Positions 61,217 to 64,000 of a stretch of 64,000 nt of DNA are shown here, in pieces; the stretch's first letter is position 1; the number at the start of each line of letters is the position of its first letter. A program made the position numbers and the translations under genes. This DNA is from an uncultured virus (IMG/VR IMGVR_UViG_3300042519_000373). Taxonomy: Duplodnaviria > Heunggongvirae > Uroviricota > Caudoviricetes. Below the pieces are notes generated by a model. It was given only the letters and a program-made list of their open reading frames with translations, was not told the DNA's origin and searched no databases. The stretch lies in the IMG/VR virus record IMGVR_UViG_3300042519_000373, positions 1-64,000 of that record; one strand, given 5' to 3'.

Positions 61217-61688
61217 TTTCTTTTTTACTTAGAGTAGTGAGCATCTGTTTCATTTCAACTTCTGTTTTAAAAGGTCCGTGAAATGGATATCGATCTAATG
61301 TAATTAGCTTAGGACAAAAACTTTTAACCCACCCTTTGCGGAATTTAATTACATAGTGTCCTGCACAATATTGACTTTTACTTTTTGTACTCTTAGCATA
61401 GATAGGTAATCTTTTTCTAATGTCGTATACTGATCCAAACGGCCTTGATCCACACGGAAAATCATAAACTGCATATTCTGTAGTTTCAGATTTTACAGAT
61501 TTAACAACGTCAAAAAATACAACGCCTAGTTTTTCTTTGACATCTTTTACTGTGCCTATGGCAATTTTATTACCGTTCTTTAAAATAGAATACGAACTGC
61601 GTTCTTTGTTCAGGGTACCTACTTTGAGTCCGTCTCTTTCTAATAGCCAACTTTTGTTAGGTATTAAAGGTTTTGCAATAGTTGTCAT
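61203..61688 (-). CDS. Hypothetical protein (start revised to ATG 61688)
   Basis: GGAGA RBS precedes MTTIAKPL; 'SKSQYCAGHY...FCPKL...GPFKT'. Confidence 0.65.
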   Translation of the reverse strand: MTTIAKPLIPNKSWLLERDGLKVGTLNKERSSYSILKNGNKIAIGTVKDVKEKLGVVFFDVVKSVKSETTEYAVYDFPCGSRPFGSVYDIRKRLPIYAKSTKSKSQYCAGHYVIKFRKGWVKSFCPKLITLDRYPFHGPFKTEVEMKQMLTTLSKKENETN

Positions 61689-61731
61689 TTTTGTCTCCCA
61701 ACATGTATCTGTTTTATTTTTACAAGTGTCT

Positions 61732-62736
61732 TCAAACTGACACGTTACTAGTATATCTTGCATTAAAAGGCTCCGCATAACTTTGTGCTTGGTCTGTAAT
61801 TTTTTGCAAATCATAAGTTGCACAAAACTTCATAAGTCTAATGCCAACTTGCGGAACATTCTTTTCTGCGGTAATTGCAGTGTTAATAGTTTCGGTAATG
61901 AGATTGCGAATCTCTTCTGGCTGTTCAGTCAAGTCACACAATAGACGATTTCGATTATAATCATCTAGCACTTTATGTTCAATGCCTTCGTGGTCTACCC
62001 ACTTCTGCAACATGAGATTGTTCCAAGAATAGCCTTTAGAATTACGGTCGGCAAATGCTTCACGAAGCCCTACTTTATTTTTAGTGCCTTTTTCACGCAC
62101 ACCGGGATATGCACTAAAGATATTGTCGCTAGTGTCGCCACGCATACATTTCTCAAACAATAGCCATTCTGGATCAGGTTCAGGTTTTATGAGTCCAGTT
62201 TTCTTGTCTTTAACTCGTTTGCCCTTTTCATCAAAGTACCCCTCGTGAGTAGTAGTTACTTGACTGACACCATTATATTGTTTCACATTGGGTGCAACTA
62301 ATTGTGCAAAATCGCCATCTGTCGAAATGATAATATGCTGATCTTCGGGATGTGCTTGAATGAATCCTGCAATAAGATCATCTGCTTCTAATCGTGGATT
62401 TTGCAACACAGTACAGTTAGTCTTGTTAGTCACAAAGTCTTTAAACTGATCAAACGTTTCCCAAAATACGCGGTCTTCCTCGGCTTCTCGAGGACTCTGT
62501 GCCGCACGAGCTTCTGTACGTTGACGCTTGTAAGGAGCATAAAAGTCCTTACGCCAGCTACGCCCCTCGAGGTGAAAGATAACATGGTCACCTTTAAAAT
62601 CACGCCACGCCTTGCGTACACTGCTGAGAATAGTATGCAGACTCATGCCCACTTTGTCTTCAAGACCGCCACGTACTACATGTCGAGCTCGGAAGAATGT
62701 ATTTGCAGTATCAACGTGAATAAATGTCTGTGCCAT
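61732..62736 (-). CDS. rnh: RNase H / 5'-3' exonuclease (T4 rnh-like, FEN family)
   Basis: 'SWRKDFYAPYK..R', 'EADDLIA', 'ISTDGDFAQL', 'GDTSDNI'. Confidence 0.92.
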   Translation of the reverse strand: MAQTFIHVDTANTFFRARHVVRGGLEDKVGMSLHTILSSVRKAWRDFKGDHVIFHLEGRSWRKDFYAPYKRQRTEARAAQSPREAEEDRVFWETFDQFKDFVTNKTNCTVLQNPRLEADDLIAGFIQAHPEDQHIIISTDGDFAQLVAPNVKQYNGVSQVTTTHEGYFDEKGKRVKDKKTGLIKPEPDPEWLLFEKCMRGDTSDNIFSAYPGVREKGTKNKVGLREAFADRNSKGYSWNNLMLQKWVDHEGIEHKVLDDYNRNRLLCDLTEQPEEIRNLITETINTAITAEKNVPQVGIRLMKFCATYDLQKITDQAQSYAEPFNARYTSNVSV

Positions 62737-63182
62737 TAACTAACCTCAACTTTCCCATTACCTAAATTGTTTACATTTACAAAGCCACTGCCTCTACGTT
62801 CCATATCTACACCTTCTTCGGCACCTACGCCTCTGCAAAGTTCTTGGAACCATTTATCTACAATGGCCTCATCTGTTTCGCCAGTATAACCAGCGGACCT
62901 TAATTGTAACACGAAATACTCATTCCAGTCAAGTTCAAAGAATCCGTTACGCACGTTTTCTTTATTGACATGAGTATCCAATACAGCTACCCAGGGCTCT
63001 TTCTTTTCGTTTGCTATTTCTTTTGGACTGAGTTTTGACAACCGTTCTAATTCTTTAGCACGTTCTGCTTGCTCAGTTGCTTCTTTAGCAATTTTTGTAG
63101 CACGTTCTGCATCTTCTATTGCACGTCTAGTTTCGGCTTCAATTTTATCGATACCAAATAATTTTTTAAAGATATTGTTCAT
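62736..63182 (-). CDS. Hypothetical protein (start revised to ATG 63182)
   Basis: ATG overlaps the queE stop (TAATG); 'GFFELDWNEYFV..L..AGY'. Confidence 0.7.
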   Translation of the reverse strand: MNNIFKKLFGIDKIEAETRRAIEDAERATKIAKEATEQAERAKELERLSKLSPKEIANEKKEPWVAVLDTHVNKENVRNGFFELDWNEYFVLQLRSAGYTGETDEAIVDKWFQELCRGVGAEEGVDMERRGSGFVNVNNLGNGKVEVS

Positions 63183-64000
63183 TAAGTTCCCCACTCATTT
63201 TTAAATAACGGCACTTGTAAACGGTCGCTATAACGTAAGCCTGCGTTCATTGCCATAATGGCCACTGCCTTGTTGTTTAGTGCATAGACACTTTCTACAC
63301 CACCCACTGGCATTAGATAAACGTGTCCTTTAAATCCTGCATCACGGAATTCTTTAGTTGCCTTCATTGCATCTGCAAAGTCTTGCTCTGTAGCTATAAC
63401 AAACTTCAAATATGCTGTGCCGTAATTTTCGTAATCGCAAACAACTTCTGGCTTGATAGCATCATCCCACGGTTCTCCACTACAAGGTAGTTTTGCACTG
63501 ACTGAGAAAGTAATTTCTCGTTCTAGATTCTCTGTAGTCCAAATACGTAGATAATTTTTAAATGCACTAGTCAGTCGCATTGTACCATTTGTTTCAAATG
63601 TGATTTCTTTTAACCCTACCATCTTGGGATGATCCAGTAAGTCTGGGTAAGCCTTCTGCCAACCCAACAACGGCTCACCACCCGTAATAACAAGATGAGC
63701 ATCCCCCCATTCGTTGTTAGGAAGCATTTCTATAATGCGTTCTACAATTCCGTCAGCCTCAATCATTGGACTTAGATCTTTAAATGCAGGATGCCAACTT
63801 GCATAACTGTCACAACCTGTACTAACAAGAGGCAAAGACTTGTACTCTGTAAATGGAGTTATCATTGTATGCTGTGCCGCAATGTCTGTTGCTTCGTGAC
63901 TTACCTCGCCTCGGGGCATGCCAAATCCTTGACAGGTAAAGTTACATCCGTATGTACGTAGAAATACAGAAGGCACGCCCATGTAGCGTCCTTCTCCTTG
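63182..64000 (-). CDS. queE: 7-carboxy-7-deazaguanine synthase QueE-like radical SAM protein (5' end outside the window)
   Basis: Frame open to the window edge: 'QGEGRYMGVPSVFLRTYGCNFTC', 'CDS', 'VITGGEPL', 'FETNGT', 'SDRLQV'. Confidence 0.88.
   Translation of the reverse strand, partial: QGEGRYMGVPSVFLRTYGCNFTCQGFGMPRGEVSHEATDIAAQHTMITPFTEYKSLPLVSTGCDSYASWHPAFKDLSPMIEADGIVERIIEMLPNNEWGDAHLVITGGEPLLGWQKAYPDLLDHPKMVGLKEITFETNGTMRLTSAFKNYLRIWTTENLEREITFSVSAKLPCSGEPWDDAIKPEVVCDYENYGTAYLKFVIATEQDFADAMKATKEFRDAGFKGHVYLMPVGGVESVYALNNKAVAIMAMNAGLRYSDRLQVPLFKNEWGT

Noticed and set aside
61689..61823. N-terminal extension of ORF 61203-61823 (likewise 2216-2245, 15978-16049 and 63183-63194)
   Set aside because: These extensions overlap upstream genes or promoters; the downstream ATGs have a clear RBS or stop-start overlap.
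1..64000. Stop-codon reassignment (alternative genetic code)
   Set aside because: Core genes, including the 4773-aa ORF, are intact and densely packed under the standard code; ends are mostly TAA with a few TGA.

Overview
This window is a 64 kb segment of a large, AT-rich, T4-like myophage genome read in the standard genetic code. It has three blocks. (1) 1-20.0 kb, mostly minus strand: the head module (portal, prohead core, protease, scaffold, major capsid protein, accessory virion proteins), a tape-measure-like gene, a divergent gp26/gp51-like pair, two probable internal head proteins, and an operon of gp55 late sigma, gp47, gp46, two histone-H1(Hc1)-like proteins and a minimal GIY-YIG protein. 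That operon ends in a ~480-nt, densely base-paired non-coding region. (2) 20.1-56.6 kb, plus strand: the baseplate and fibre module (gp48/54-like, LysM gp53, hub, gp5 spike with a GH19 domain, gp25, gp6, a 4773-aa wedge protein, a collagen-like fibre and four paralogous fibre proteins). (3) 56.6-64 kb, minus strand: early/middle genes (vWA-metallopeptidase plus AAA ATPase, RNase H/5'-3' exonuclease, and queE cut by the window edge). T4-type late promoters (TAAATA core), consensus sigma70 promoters and intrinsic terminators are visible. The strongest novelty candidates are the large pseudoknotted ncRNA directly downstream of the GIY-YIG gene, a lambda G/GT-style -1 frameshift joining the gp26- and gp51-like ORFs, and an apparent total absence of GCGC. 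All family assignments come from motif recognition by eye; no database search was run.
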